The notes: generated by a model from the sequence alone, not told the origin. Shown: positions 1 through 12,474, counted from the first letter of the stretch. The stretch: 39,187 nucleotides of DNA from Sulfurimonadaceae bacterium (GCA_041571435.1 JBFFUI010000018.1:1-39187); one strand, 5' to 3'. Numbers and translations: made by a program.

Positions 1-1669
<1,669 letters not shown>

Positions 1670-1680
1670 AATGGTCCTTC

Positions 1681-3198
1681 TTATTCAGCGATAAAAGATG
1701 CTTTGAACTCTTCAAGCGCTTTTTTCATCATTGCGTTTGTCTCATCATCAATTTTTGATGTACTTCTGATGTTCTCAAAAATCTGTGGGTAAGACGCTTC
1801 AATAAACGGATAAAGCTCAGCTTCAAATTTAACGACAGATGTGTGTGGCATATCATCAAGGAAACCTTCGTTACCTGCGAAGATGATAAGTGCCTGCTGC
1901 TCTGCTGCAAGTGGTGAGAACTGAGGCTGCTTAAGTACCTCTACCATTCTCTGACCACGCTCAAGTTGATTACGAGAGATCTCATCAAGATCAGATGCAA
2001 ACTGAGCAAATGCCTGAAGTTCGCGGTACTGAGCTAGGTCAAGACGTAGTGTTCCGGCAACCTGCTTAGTCGCTTTAATCTGTGCTGCACCACCAACACG
2101 AGATACCGAAAGACCAACGTTGATCGCCGGGCGGATACCTGAGTTGAAAAGGTCAGTCTCAAGGAAGATCTGACCATCAGTGATCGAGATAACGTTAGTC
2201 GGGATATATGCCGCTACGTCACCTGCAAGTGTCTCAATAATAGGAAGTGCAGTAAGTGAACCAGCACCTTCGTCATCGTTCAGTTTCGCTGCACGCTCAA
2301 GAAGACGAGAGTGTAGGTAGAATACATCACCAGGGTATGCTTCACGGCCCGGAGGACGACGAAGGATAAGAGACATTTCACGGTAGGCAACCGCATGCTT
2401 GGAAAGGTCATCATAAACGATTAGACCGTGGCGTGCATTGTCACGGAAGTACTCACCCATTGTTACACCCGTGTATGGTGCAAGGAACTGAAGTGCTGCC
2501 GCTTCTGCTGCAGTAGCAGTAACAACAATCGTATACTCCATTGCACCGTGCTCTTCCAAACGACGAACAACTTGTGCAACTGTAGACTCTTTTTGACCAA
2601 CAGCAACGTAAACACAGATAACACCGTTACCTTTTTGGTTGATGATAGAGTCAAGAGCAACCGTCGTCTTACCTGTCTGGCGGTCACCAATGATAAGCTC
2701 ACGCTGGCCACGGCCGATTGGCACTAGTGCATCAATCGCTTTGATACCTGTTGCAAGTGGCTCGTGTACAGATTTACGCTCCATAATGCCAGGTGCTTTC
2801 TCTTCAACGAAACGCATTTCAGTCGCTTCGATCGGACCTTTACCGTCAACCGGCTCACCCAGTGCATTTACAACACGACCGATAACAGCGTCACCGACTG
2901 GTACACTTAGAAGTTTACCAAGGCGTTTAGCACTCATACCTTCACGAAGTGACTCAGACTTCCCAAGAAGAACGACACCTACACTTGCCTCTTCCAGGTT
3001 TAGTACAAGACCTTTCGTACCATCTTCGAACTCGACCATCTCACCCGCCATTACGTTGCTCATGCCATAGACCTGTGCAACGCCGTCTGCGTAAGAAATA
3101 ACCGTTCCAGTTTCATTAATATCAACACTTAGTTCAAAGTTGTCAATACGCTCTTTAATAATTGAACTGATTTCATCAGCTTGAATTTTAGCTACCAC
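1681..3198 (-). CDS. atpA: F1 ATP synthase alpha subunit
   Basis: [17 protein letters not shown] and [24 protein letters not shown]. Confidence 0.99.
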   Translation of the reverse strand: MVAKIQADEISSIIKERIDNFELSVDINETGTVISYADGVAQVYGMSNVMAGEMVEFEDGTKGLVLNLEEASVGVVLLGKSESLREGMSAKRLGKLLSVPVGDAVIGRVVNALGEPVDGKGPIEATEMRFVEEKAPGIMERKSVHEPLATGIKAIDALVPIGRGQRELIIGDRQTGKTTVALDSIINQKGNGVICVYVAVGQKESTVAQVVRRLEEHGAMEYTIVVTATAAEAAALQFLAPYTGVTMGEYFRDNARHGLIVYDDLSKHAVAYREMSLILRRPPGREAYPGDVFYLHSRLLERAAKLNDDEGAGSLTALPIIETLAGDVAAYIPTNVISITDGQIFLETDLFNSGIRPAINVGLSVSRVGGAAQIKATKQVAGTLRLDLAQYRELQAFAQFASDLDEISRNQLERGQRMVEVLKQPQFSPLAAEQQALIIFAGNEGFLDDMPHTSVVKFEAELYPFIEASYPQIFENIRSTSKIDDETNAMMKKALEEFKASFIAE

Positions 3199-3214
3199 TT
3201 TGTTTGCCTCCTAT

Positions 3215-3748
3215 TTAGATTGCTTTTAAGATATGTTCTACAAGTTGTGCATTCACACGAGTTTTAGAGAAGTTGATCTCCATGTCAAGATCTTTTACTT
3301 CGACCTTAAGGCCTTCATAATCACTTTTCTCAAACTCAAGCGCAACTGTTGCGTCGACTTTTTTACCCAGACCTGTACTGAGGTCCGTCAAAGTCTTTGC
3401 ATCAATATCTTCATTGCTGTAAACGACACCGCTGTAGTTTTTAGAACTACGTGCGATCTCTTTACGCATCTCTTCAGCCATTGCTGGAATGGTACTGATA
3501 CGTCCGTTCTCTACCAGTAGCTTGATGAAGTTGTTTAACTTCTCGCTCTGTGCTGATTTAACAGCGTCCAGTAGAATTGATTCTTTATCTGCATTCGTAA
3601 CTTCCGGGTTTTGCATGACAGAAGTGAACTTCTCGTCAGAAAAACATGCAGAAAGCGCATTGAATATCTCAGCGATATTCATTAATGACTCAGAGCCGGT
3701 AGCTTCACCCAATGACTTCACGTAACGTTTTGCGATTAACTCTTGCAT
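3215..3748 (-). CDS. atpH: ATP synthase delta subunit
   Basis: IAKRY N-terminus, NFIKLLVENGR, 177 aa, between atpF and atpA. Confidence 0.93.
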   Translation of the reverse strand: MQELIAKRYVKSLGEATGSESLMNIAEIFNALSACFSDEKFTSVMQNPEVTNADKESILLDAVKSAQSEKLNNFIKLLVENGRISTIPAMAEEMRKEIARSSKNYSGVVYSNEDIDAKTLTDLSTGLGKKVDATVALEFEKSDYEGLKVEVKDLDMEINFSKTRVNAQLVEHILKAI

Positions 3749-4264
3749 CTACGCCACCTTCTTCATAATGATGTTTGCCATCGCTTCTTTATCAAGCGCA
3801 GAACTCTCTTGCTCAAGCACTTCGCTCATGATCTCATCAACAAGTTCACGGACCATCTTACGCTGTTCAAGCTCCATACCTGCGCCGCCTTGCTTCTGCA
3901 TGTTCTCCAGGTCAACATCACACTGCTTGAGGATCTTTTCATTTAAGACCTTACCCTCTTTAGATGCTGTTGCAATGATCTCTTCAGCCAACTTCTTGGC
4001 TTCAGTGACCTTTGCTGCTGCAGCTTCTTTAGCCTGCTTTGACTCACGGAGTCTGTCTTGCACCTTTTGCAGTTCGTCGGCAATACCTTGTGAACGACCA
4101 CCGAAGTAGTTTTTCACAGGTTCTGCTAACAAGTACCATAGGATACCTGCAAAGATAACGAAGTTAACGGTGCGCTGTACAATGTCTGTACCGCCGTCAG
4201 CTGCTTGCTCTGATGCAAACAGCGATGTCGCTACAAACAATAAAGGTAAAAGAATTTTACTCAC
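3749..4264 (-). CDS. atpF: ATP synthase Fo subunit b
   Basis: RTVNFVIFAGILWYL membrane segment followed by a coiled coil; operon position. Confidence 0.92.
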   Translation of the reverse strand: MSKILLPLLFVATSLFASEQAADGGTDIVQRTVNFVIFAGILWYLLAEPVKNYFGGRSQGIADELQKVQDRLRESKQAKEAAAAKVTEAKKLAEEIIATASKEGKVLNEKILKQCDVDLENMQKQGGAGMELEQRKMVRELVDEIMSEVLEQESSALDKEAMANIIMKKVA

Positions 4265-4273
4265 ATCGTTTCC

Positions 4274-4696
4274 TTATATTTGACTAAACTTAGCTTTAAC
4301 TGCTTCTTTATATAGAGGCACTTGTGACAGAAGTGTATTTTTAAGACTTTCGCGGGTTTCCGCCAATGACTTTTCAAATTCAGCTTTGCCTTTCGCTAAT
4401 TCAGCACGTTTTGCTTCAATTTTGCTTTCTGCAAGTTCTTTTGCTTCTGCAATTACTTTCTCTCTTATCGCCGCAGCTTCCAACTTCGCTTCATTAATGA
4501 TGTTTTGCGCTTCTGCAGTCAGTTCAGCGATCTCGGCGTCGTTGTTGCCAACAGCCTCTTGATCTTTCTTGATACTTGCATCACGCTCATTCATATAATT
4601 GAATAGAGGTTTAAAAAGCAAACTGTTTAGAACGGCAATAAGGATAAGGAAGACAACGATCGTGATGCCCAATAGCAACGGATTTATATCTAACAT
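4274..4696 (-). CDS. atpF': ATP synthase Fo subunit b'
   Basis: N-terminal TM, LFKPLFNYMNERD motif, coiled coil; AGGAGG SD. Confidence 0.9.
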   Translation of the reverse strand: MLDINPLLLGITIVVFLILIAVLNSLLFKPLFNYMNERDASIKKDQEAVGNNDAEIAELTAEAQNIINEAKLEAAAIREKVIAEAKELAESKIEAKRAELAKGKAEFEKSLAETRESLKNTLLSQVPLYKEAVKAKFSQI

Positions 4697-4700
4697 ACCA

Positions 4701-4724
4701 CCTCCTAAAAGTTGCGCAATTCTA
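4701..4724 (-). promoter_or_regulatory. Putative -10 box (TAGAAT, 4719-4724) and SD (AGGAGG, 4701-4706) for the atp operon
   Basis: Motifs read directly in the AT-rich 271-bp parB-atpF' gap. Confidence 0.55.
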
Positions 4725-4967
4725 CTACACTCTAGTTAAAGCTATTGTTAAAGAGTGCAAAGATGTGAAAGAAATGTGAAATAAAATTGGATATTTGCGG
4801 CCGGTAGCGTAAAAAGGTGACACTTTTTTGATCACTAAAATGGCTGTAAAATGCCTTTTTTATCATTTTTTAATAAAAAAAGGCGGAAAAAGAGCTAAAA
4901 GAGCTATAAATTGATAAGTTTTACAAAAGTTAAATATAAATGCGGTTTTTAAAAAATAAATAGACTA

Positions 4968-5816
4968 TTAGAGTCGATTTAAAAGTTTTTCGATCGCTTC
5001 TTCACTGTCGAAAAAGAGTGTGATCTCATTCGACTTGGCTCTGGCCTTTATGCCTAGATCATCAAACCGCGCTTTCAGTGCACTGAAATCCAGTGACTCT
5101 TTTTCCACTGTTTTCGTCTCTGGAGCCTTGTTACCGTTTTTCATTGATTTCGTCATCGCTTCAACATCACGTACCGACAACTTTTGCCCCACAATCGAAT
5201 CCACTAGTGTTGCCTGTTCTTTGTCACTCAGACCGACCAAAACCTTCGCATGACCAGCGGATATCTTGCCCTCTTTCAAAGCTGTCAGCGTTTTCTTGCC
5301 AAGCTGTAACAGACGGAGTGTGTTAGTGATATGTGCACGCGACTTATGTACCATGCCCGAAAGCTCATCATGTGTGATCCCATGCACATCCAACAGTTCC
5401 GCATACGCTTGCGCCAGATCGACAATGTTGAGTTCATCGCGTTGGATATTCTCTATCAGTGCCTGCTGACGCATCTTCTCTTCATCGATATGTGCGATAA
5501 CGGCCCTGATCGTCTTAAGCTTTGCCAATTTGCTTGCACGAAGACGACGCTCTCCTGCGACCAGGATATAACCGTCAACGTCTTCGACAACGACAACCGG
5601 TTGGATCAAACCATATGTTTTGATGGAGTCAGCCAATTCGGCCAGAGAACGTTCGTCAAAATGTTTACGCGGTTGAAAAGGATTTGCTTTTATCTGTGAC
5701 AGCGGAAGTTCGACGACCGATTCAGTACTTGGGACCTCATTATCATAGGCCTCTTCGATCTCACCCAGCAGTTCACCCAGACCACGGCCTAAAGATTTTG
5801 CTTTAATTTTTGCCAC
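4968..5816 (-). CDS. parB: ParB/Spo0J chromosome partitioning protein
   Basis: LGRGLGELL, NPFQPRKHF, LVAGERRLRA, ENIQR and an HTH. Confidence 0.96.
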   Translation of the reverse strand: MAKIKAKSLGRGLGELLGEIEEAYDNEVPSTESVVELPLSQIKANPFQPRKHFDERSLAELADSIKTYGLIQPVVVVEDVDGYILVAGERRLRASKLAKLKTIRAVIAHIDEEKMRQQALIENIQRDELNIVDLAQAYAELLDVHGITHDELSGMVHKSRAHITNTLRLLQLGKKTLTALKEGKISAGHAKVLVGLSDKEQATLVDSIVGQKLSVRDVEAMTKSMKNGNKAPETKTVEKESLDFSALKARFDDLGIKARAKSNEITLFFDSEEAIEKLLNRL

Positions 5817-5827
5817 TCTCTACCCTC

Positions 5828-6610
5828 TTACGCAATAATAGCTTGTGCCAAATTCTGATAAGCGACCGATCCACTCGATTTTGCGTCGTACAGAAGAGCA
5901 GGTTTGCCAAAGCTTGGACTCTCTGCCAAACGAACATTACGCGGGATCACGATCAGCTCTTCATCGATATCTTTGAACAGTTTGTTGTCAAAGTGTTGAC
6001 GCAGGTCAGCAAAGACCTGTTTTGAGAGATTGTTCTGCGCACTGTACATGGTCGGAAGGAAACCTTTGATCTCAAGATGAGGATTGATTGTCTTGCGGAT
6101 CAGACGTACCGTGTTCAATAGTTGTGCCAAACCTTCAAGTGCAAAGAACTCGCATTGGATCGGGATGATCACCGAGTTGGCTGCTGAAAGCGCATTGATC
6201 GTCATCGGTCCCAGTGCAGGAGGCGAATCAATAACAATATAGTCATATGTTGTTTTGACCTGCGCAAGCGCTTTTTTCATAATGAGTTCGCGGCCGTTAG
6301 TGTTACCCGCATCATAATACTCTTTTTCAACACCGACAAGTCCGATATTTGCCGGGGCAAGGTCAAGAGTCGATATCTCTGATTTCAGAATGATGTCGCG
6401 CAGTTTTTTCGTTCCGATAAGCACATGATAGATATTGAATTCATAATCATTCCGGCTGTATCCAAGGGAAGTCGTCGCATTCGCTTGCGGGTCAGCATCG
6501 ATCAGTAATACTTTCTTGCCTTCTACAGCCAAAGAGGCTGCAAGATTGACAGCAGTTGTCGTTTTTCCTACACCACCCTTTTGGTTGGCAATTACTATAA
6601 TTTCACTCAT
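5828..6610 (-). CDS. parA: ParA/Soj ATPase
   Basis: NQKGGVGKTTT, DADPQANAT, IDSPP, IPRNVRLAESPSFG. Confidence 0.97.
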   Translation of the reverse strand: MSEIIVIANQKGGVGKTTTAVNLAASLAVEGKKVLLIDADPQANATTSLGYSRNDYEFNIYHVLIGTKKLRDIILKSEISTLDLAPANIGLVGVEKEYYDAGNTNGRELIMKKALAQVKTTYDYIVIDSPPALGPMTINALSAANSVIIPIQCEFFALEGLAQLLNTVRLIRKTINPHLEIKGFLPTMYSAQNNLSKQVFADLRQHFDNKLFKDIDEELIVIPRNVRLAESPSFGKPALLYDAKSSGSVAYQNLAQAIIA

Positions 6611-7242
6611 CGTAAACTAAATATCCTTTGTCCATCGCACTCTATCGAGCCGTCTTCTAATAATCTTGCATGTGCTAATGAAAGTTTTGTCTCACCGCTG
6701 TGGGTAAAGAAGTTTCTGCTTTTGACAAATTCTACCTCATACTTTCTAAATATCTTCTTCCATGTTGGACAAACTTTCATCGCATTGAAATATTTTTCCG
6801 ATAGTATTTCATTAGAAATTTCTATATCAAGCTTTGAAAAGCCCTCAGGTGCGACCTTTGTATTCAGCCCAATACCGCAGACCAGTGTTTCTTTATATAA
6901 GTTTGTAATTGCTCCGCCGATCTTCTTTTCACCCAGATAAAAATCATTCGGCCACTTCAGCCAGACAGAAGATCCCATATCGGTCAATAACTCTTTTAAC
7001 ATATAAGTAAAGTAGATAGATGCGGACTCCAGCTTGAGGTCCGCAGGCAGTTCCTGTTTCGAAACTGCGAATGAGAAAAAAAGATTGCCCTCAAGACCGC
7101 TCCAGCTATTGCCACGGCTTCCTTTACCTGCCTCTTGACGTGTAGCCGTGACACATATGGGGGCAGAGACAGTGCCCTCTTTCAAGGCATTTAAGAGATA
7201 GCGTTGCGTGGAGTCAACAGCGTCAAGCGAAAGTATCTGCAA
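6607..7242 (-). CDS. birA: Biotin-protein ligase without HTH
   Basis: VDSTQ, QEAGKGSRGNSW, KWPND, KIGG, GIGLN. Confidence 0.93.
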   Translation of the reverse strand: MQILSLDAVDSTQRYLLNALKEGTVSAPICVTATRQEAGKGSRGNSWSGLEGNLFFSFAVSKQELPADLKLESASIYFTYMLKELLTDMGSSVWLKWPNDFYLGEKKIGGAITNLYKETLVCGIGLNTKVAPEGFSKLDIEISNEILSEKYFNAMKVCPTWKKIFRKYEVEFVKSRNFFTHSGETKLSLAHARLLEDGSIECDGQRIFSLR

Positions 7243-8131
7243 GAGAGAGCCTCTTACCGTTAAGATAGGCGATAACGCTCATCTCTTTTTTAGAAGCCGG
7301 TTGGACAAGTTCGATAGCGACAGAACCTTTTGCACAACCGACGACAATACGCTCTTTTCCGATAGAGAGTATCTCACCAGGGGTATGCTTTTTCTCTGAC
7401 TCGACAAGTGCCATCTTTGTGAGTTTTAGACCGCTTTCAAGATAGATGGCGGGCCAAGGCGTGAAGGCACGGTAGCGGTTATAGAGCGTGCGCGCGTCAT
7501 CAAAGTGGACAAGCCCCTCCTCTTTTGTGATCTTAGTACAGTGCGTCGCCTTTGCATCATCCTGAGCAATCGGTGTGTAGCTGTCGAAGTTTTTCAGTAC
7601 GTCGATTGTCAGTGCCGTTGCACACGTCGTCAGACGGTCAAAGAGTGTCGTGACCATCTCATCATCGCCGATCTCTATCTTCTCGATTTTCAAAACATCA
7701 CCCGTATCCAGGCCGACATCCATCAGCATTGCCGTCACACCTGTTATTTTGTCACCGTTCAAGATGGCCTGTTGGATCGGACTGGCACCGCGATAGTCCG
7801 GAAGGATCGAGGCGTGCAGGTTAATACATGGCGCATGCTCAAGGACCGCTTTCGGAAGGATCTGCCCATAGGCAGCGACGACGATGTAATCACACTCTAT
7901 CTTCAGGAGTTCAGACACCGTCTCTTCGTCACGGAGTCGGACCGGTTGATATACCGGCAGACTGTTTTCTAACGCGATGGTTTTCGTGATCGGCGGTGTC
8001 ATCACCTTTTTACGGCCAACCGGTTTGTCGGGCTGGGTATAAACGGCAACGACATTGATCTCTTCATCTGCGACCAACGCTTCCAATATCCTGCTGGCAT
8101 AATCGGGTGTTCCCATAAAGATGACATTCAT
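7223..8131 (-). CDS. fmt: Methionyl-tRNA formyltransferase
   Basis: FMGTPDY, TQPDKPVGR, NLHASILPDYRGASPI, LDTGD. Confidence 0.97.
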   Translation of the reverse strand: MNVIFMGTPDYASRILEALVADEEINVVAVYTQPDKPVGRKKVMTPPITKTIALENSLPVYQPVRLRDEETVSELLKIECDYIVVAAYGQILPKAVLEHAPCINLHASILPDYRGASPIQQAILNGDKITGVTAMLMDVGLDTGDVLKIEKIEIGDDEMVTTLFDRLTTCATALTIDVLKNFDSYTPIAQDDAKATHCTKITKEEGLVHFDDARTLYNRYRAFTPWPAIYLESGLKLTKMALVESEKKHTPGEILSIGKERIVVGCAKGSVAIELVQPASKKEMSVIAYLNGKRLSLADTFA

Positions 8132-8898
8132 CAGGACGCCTTTGTACTGAAAAGTGTTCCACCTTTGTGCACACCATCCAAGAGGTATGCTCTGGCGTCA
8201 GTCAGGTCGTAGCCCGAACTCAAAAACATGCTGCGTCCATGTTTTAACATATAGTCGGCTGCCTTGAGTTTGGTCACAATACCGCCTGTTGCAAAGGTTC
8301 CGTGCGGCGTCGCCTCACGCGACAGTTCGTCTATAGCAATCGTTTTGACCGTTTTCAGTATCTTTGCATCACTGTTTTTTCGCGGATCAGCATCATAATA
8401 TGCGTCAATATCAGAGAGAATCAATAGCAGTTCGGCTCCGACAGCATTAGCCGTATAGGCTGACAGCTGATCGTTGTCACCCACGACCAGCTCTTCTGTC
8501 GCCGTCACATCGTTCTCATTAACGATCGGTACAACGCCATTGGCTATCAATGTATCGATCGTCCCTTTAATACGATCAGCCTGCTCAAGGCTCTGAAAAT
8601 TTGCAGCCGTCACCAGTACCTGAGAGCATATCTTGCCATATTTCAGAAATTTTCGATTATAGAGCTCCATAAGATGGGGTTGACCTATAGAAGCCAAGGC
8701 CTGTTTGTTCTGGATCGCACTGCGGTCAAGCTGCAGTTTTGTATAACCGGCTGCGACAGCACCCGAAGAGACCAAGATAACATCATATTTATTGGAGAGC
8801 TCTGCAATAAAATCAACAAGGTTCCGCATACGCTCAAGCGCCACACTGTCATTCTCGGTCAAAACTGCGCTGCCGACTTTAACAACTAACCGTTTCAT
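8131..8898 (-). CDS. proB: Glutamate 5-kinase, short form without PUA domain
   Basis: VVKVGSAVL, SSGAVAAG, NEND, GDNDQLSA, TGGIVTKL. Confidence 0.95.
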   Translation of the reverse strand: MKRLVVKVGSAVLTENDSVALERMRNLVDFIAELSNKYDVILVSSGAVAAGYTKLQLDRSAIQNKQALASIGQPHLMELYNRKFLKYGKICSQVLVTAANFQSLEQADRIKGTIDTLIANGVVPIVNENDVTATEELVVGDNDQLSAYTANAVGAELLLILSDIDAYYDADPRKNSDAKILKTVKTIAIDELSREATPHGTFATGGIVTKLKAADYMLKHGRSMFLSSGYDLTDARAYLLDGVHKGGTLFSTKAS

Positions 8899-9995
8899 CA
8901 GCGATTTTTATGCACAAGATTGTTGAGCGCGTAGCGCAGGCCGTCTATGTTCGTATGCATCACCGAAGAGATAGGCGCGATAAAGAGCGGCTTTTCGATG
9001 TCGAACGCTTGCGTACCTTCTTGATCATCCTGCTCAAAAAACGGCAAGCTCGTATCAAAACCAAAACGGCTCTCTGTTGTCGGTTCAAGTCCAAGTTCTT
9101 TGATAAACGCTTCTGTCTTTGCCACGACTTCGTCATGAACAAGTGCATCACTGCGCGTCAACGCGATCGCATATGAACGGGTGGCCAGTTTTTCAGAAAA
9201 CTGCTCAAGTTCGGTTTTAAGCGTTTCAAACTGCTCTTTCGTCTCACGGTAGTTGGCGATGTCAATCATGAAAAGGAGGGTCTTGGTCCGTTCGATGTGA
9301 CGTAAGAACTCCAAGCCGAGACCTTTACCGTCTGATGCACCGCCGATAATACCCGGAATATCTGCCATGACAAAGGATTCGTAGTTGCCGACATCAACCT
9401 GTCCGAGTTTCGGTGTCAACGTTGTAAACTCATAGTTCGCCACTTCAGGACGTGCATTGGAGACCGTTGAGATCAATGTTGACTTGCCCACATTCGGAAA
9501 ACCGACAAGCCCCACATCGGCGATCAGTTTAAGGTCAAGGATAACTTCGCGTTCATCAGCCGGCTGTCCCGGTTGTGCATAACGAGGCTGTTGGTTCGTA
9601 GAGGACTTGAAGTGGTAGTTTCCAAGTCCCCCTTTACCTCCTTGAAGAAAACGCACTTCATAACCATCTGTCAGCAAGTCAAACAGCACTTCACCCGTCT
9701 CTTTATCGATCACCTGTGTTCCGGGAGGTACAATGACATAGAGTGGTGCACCGGATTTACCGGTCATGCGCGAGCCTTCGCCCGGACGCCCGTTCTCCGC
9801 TTTCAGGCTCTTTCTGCCTTTAAACCCTGAGAGCGTATGCGTGTTGTTGTCAACACGGAAAATGACATCGCCGCCTTTACCGCCGTCGCCGCCGTTCGGG
9901 CCACCGTTCGTTACAAATTTTTCACGTCTGAAGGCGACACAGCCTGCGCCGCCTTTGCCCGATGAAAGTGTTAATGTGACCTGATCTGTAAACAT
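8898..9995 (-). CDS. obgE: GTPase ObgE/CgtA
   Basis: [37 protein letters not shown]. Confidence 0.97.
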   Translation of the reverse strand: MFTDQVTLTLSSGKGGAGCVAFRREKFVTNGGPNGGDGGKGGDVIFRVDNNTHTLSGFKGRKSLKAENGRPGEGSRMTGKSGAPLYVIVPPGTQVIDKETGEVLFDLLTDGYEVRFLQGGKGGLGNYHFKSSTNQQPRYAQPGQPADEREVILDLKLIADVGLVGFPNVGKSTLISTVSNARPEVANYEFTTLTPKLGQVDVGNYESFVMADIPGIIGGASDGKGLGLEFLRHIERTKTLLFMIDIANYRETKEQFETLKTELEQFSEKLATRSYAIALTRSDALVHDEVVAKTEAFIKELGLEPTTESRFGFDTSLPFFEQDDQEGTQAFDIEKPLFIAPISSVMHTNIDGLRYALNNLVHKNR

Positions 9996-10042
9996 AGTTT
10001 GTCCTTGTATTTAGAAAAAAGAAAATGGTTTAAATATTTAAC

Positions 10043-10048
10043 ATTATA
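10043..10048 (-). promoter_or_regulatory. Putative -10 box (TATAAT) for obgE
   Basis: ATTATA on the + strand ~50 nt upstream of the obgE ATG, downstream of the rpmA terminator. Confidence 0.5.
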
Positions 10049-10084
10049 CATTTGAAAAGAAAAAATTACAGTGGTAAATATTTA

Positions 10085-10115
10085 AAAAGAGTGAAAGAGG
10101 CCCAAGAAAGGGCCT
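10085..10115 (-). terminator. Putative intrinsic terminator after rpmA
   Basis: Minus strand reads AGGCCC-TTTCTT-GGGCCT followed by CTTTCACTCTTTT. Confidence 0.6.
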
Positions 10116-10127
10116 AAAGAAAAGTGC

Positions 10128-10385
10128 TTATGCAGCAGGGATGATTGAAACTTGTTTACGGTTTTTGTCTTTTCTTTCGAAAACAACAACACCGTCTACA
10201 AGAGCGTAAAGAGTGTGATCCTTACCCATACCCATGTTTTTACCTGGGTGAACTTTTGTACCACGCTGACGGATAACGATGTTACCTGCACGTACTGTCT
10301 CACCACCGAATTTCTTAACACCTAATCGACGACCTGCTGAGTCACGATTATTCTGAGTACTACCTTGACCTTTTTTATGTGCCAT
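10128..10385 (-). CDS. rpmA: 50S ribosomal protein L27
   Basis: [24 protein letters not shown]. Confidence 0.98.
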   Translation of the reverse strand: MAHKKGQGSTQNNRDSAGRRLGVKKFGGETVRAGNIVIRQRGTKVHPGKNMGMGKDHTLYALVDGVVVFERKDKNRKQVSIIPAA

Positions 10386-10408
10386 GTCTTTCTCCTACTT
10401 TTTTGTGC

Positions 10409-10717
10409 TTATGCAGCGATTTTAGTGATACGAACGCGAGTAAAATCACGACGGAAACCACGTTTAACTTTTGAATCTTTACGACGACGTTTTTTGAAGA
10501 TAACAACTTTCTTGTCACGACCTTCATTGATGACTTCTGCAGTAACGACAGCACCGTCTACGAATGGTGCTCCAACTTTCAGTTCACCAGCGTTTACAGC
10601 CAGAACTTCTTTGATCTCAACAGTGTCTTTTGCAGCGAGGTTCATTTTATCAAGAAGAAGGATATCGCCCTCTTCAACCTTATACTGCTTACCACCATTT
10701 TTAATGATTGCGTACAT
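10409..10717 (-). CDS. rplU: 50S ribosomal protein L21 (102 aa; start moved from 10837 to 10717)
   Basis: [14 protein letters not shown]...[18 protein letters not shown] upstream of 10717. Confidence 0.97.
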   Translation of the reverse strand: MYAIIKNGGKQYKVEEGDILLLDKMNLAAKDTVEIKEVLAVNAGELKVGAPFVDGAVVTAEVINEGRDKKVVIFKKRRRKDSKVKRGFRRDFTRVRITKIAA

Positions 10718-10739
10718 ATATGTGTCCTTGTTTAATTTA

Positions 10740-10945
10740 AAGAGTCCTCTAAAAACGCTTAGTATCAAGACTAAACTCATCATCACAAGACTCTTATTCA
10801 CATGCACAAGGCCGCAAAAAAAGTTCAACATTTGCAATGATCAGGTCAAGCCTGTAAAGAGAGGGCATACCTCTCCGACACCAAGCGCTTATCAAAAAGA
10901 CGCTTTTAGTCTTTGTCAGGACAAGAAGATGCCCTGATTAAAAGT
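10740..10945 (-). promoter_or_regulatory. Long structured 5' leader of rplU-rpmA
   Basis: TATAAT at 10952-10957 (minus strand); several inverted repeats between it and the SD (see findings). Confidence 0.5.
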
Positions 10946-11007
10946 TGGGGAATTATACTGATATTATCTTTAAAGATGCTTTAGCCTCTTTTATAACTTC
11001 TGAAAAA

Positions 11008-12474
11008 CTACGAGTGTGCAAGGTCGGCTAGCTGATTGCTTTGATGGTTGAATACCTCACCAGCATGCTTCTCTTCCGATATGTCGACTATGATCTTGGA
11101 GTAAAGCTCCATGTTCTGCAACACAATGTCAACTAACTTCGGATCGAAATGGCCACCCCGTTCTTCAACAAGCAGATCGACCACTTTCTCGACGGGCCAG
11201 ATCTCTTTGTAGACACGTTTGGAGAGCAAGGCATCGAGAACATCGACTATGGCGACTATGCGGGCGAACAGATCGATCTCGTCACCTTTGAGACCTTGCG
11301 GGTAACCCGTACCGTCATATTTTTCATGGTGTCCGTATGCGATGGCCGCTGCAGCTTGCAGCACCTCGCGTTTTGAATGTTTCAAGATCGCATAGCCTAT
11401 TGTCGTATGTGTCTGCATCACCGTAAATTCTTCGTCGGTCAATTTCTCCGGCTTGTTTAAGATCGCGTCGGCTATCCCTATTTTCCCTATATCATGCAGG
11501 GATGACGAAAGTTCGATGAGTTTGACCTGTTCCTCATCCAAACCATATTCTCTCGCGATCATAGCACTTATCGTCGAAACACGCTTGGTATGTTGTTTCG
11601 TCTCGTCCGAACGTATCTCTTCGATCTGGCCCATAGCCTGAAGCGTATCTCGAAGTGTTGACTCGATCTCCTCATTAAGATCTACTAGTTCTTTGTTCTT
11701 CTCCTTGAGTTCCTCTTCTCTCTGCAGAATATGTTGATTAAAAACATTGATGTTCTCTGCCATCTCCTTAAACTCACGGCTCTCATATTTAGCACTGTCG
11801 ATATCCTGTTTCAACAGATACGCGTTCTGACCGTCATCAATGATCTGCGAAAGCGGTTGACGTATGTAGTGCTCGAGGACATGAAACATATTCAAGATGA
11901 TCATAAAGGCAAAGAAGAACAAGACTGCAGCGATCATATAACTGTATTTAAAGGCAAAGTCCTGGTACACCGCCGTGCCCATAGTGATATTGACGGCACC
12001 CAGTAAATCACCGTCGTTGACATGATGGCACTGCAGACAGTTGAGTGTGCCATGGGCATTCGCGATATAAGGGATGACCGCTTCTATTTTGCTGTCATTC
12101 TCACTCCATCTGAAATAGGGTTCTTTCTTCTCCAGGATCTTACGCAGATCAGGATCAACACTTTTGTCAAAAGAACCGGGTCCACCAAACTGATTGGTGA
12201 CACTATCGGCACGGATGATGCTGATCGATTCAATATCATATACGGATGAGATCTCGTTCAAAAAGTAGGCACGTTTCTCCATAACACCGGCTTTCATGTG
12301 CGATGTCAACCCGGCCTTGATCACTTCTGCAATCGCGATCGCTTTATTTTCAGAGACAAGCTGAAAAAAACTACGATAACTCAATACGATAATGGAAAGA
12401 ATGATAAGGATAGAGAAGAGAAAGACTTTTAATAAACGCGAAAGGGCGATCTTCTTTATACTCTGTTTTTTCAT
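11008..12474 (-). CDS. Membrane-bound HD-GYP phosphodiesterase with a periplasmic CxxCH sensor domain
   Basis: Two TM segments flank a domain containing CLQCH; LHDIGKIG, HHEKYDGTGYP, ARIVAIVDVLDAL, RVYK. Confidence 0.88.
   Translation of the reverse strand: MKKQSIKKIALSRLLKVFLFSILIILSIIVLSYRSFFQLVSENKAIAIAEVIKAGLTSHMKAGVMEKRAYFLNEISSVYDIESISIIRADSVTNQFGGPGSFDKSVDPDLRKILEKKEPYFRWSENDSKIEAVIPYIANAHGTLNCLQCHHVNDGDLLGAVNITMGTAVYQDFAFKYSYMIAAVLFFFAFMIILNMFHVLEHYIRQPLSQIIDDGQNAYLLKQDIDSAKYESREFKEMAENINVFNQHILQREEELKEKNKELVDLNEEIESTLRDTLQAMGQIEEIRSDETKQHTKRVSTISAMIAREYGLDEEQVKLIELSSSLHDIGKIGIADAILNKPEKLTDEEFTVMQTHTTIGYAILKHSKREVLQAAAAIAYGHHEKYDGTGYPQGLKGDEIDLFARIVAIVDVLDALLSKRVYKEIWPVEKVVDLLVEERGGHFDPKLVDIVLQNMELYSKIIVDISEEKHAGEVFNHQSNQLADLAHS

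Noticed and set aside
4740..4967. parS site or ncRNA in the parB-atpF' gap
   Set aside because: Only ATGTGAAA half-site-like words and A/T tracts are present; no 16-bp parS palindrome or convincing structure.
10718..10837. 40-aa N-terminal extension of L21 in the ORF track
   Set aside because: The canonical MYAII start with an SD is at 10717; the extension runs through the structured leader.
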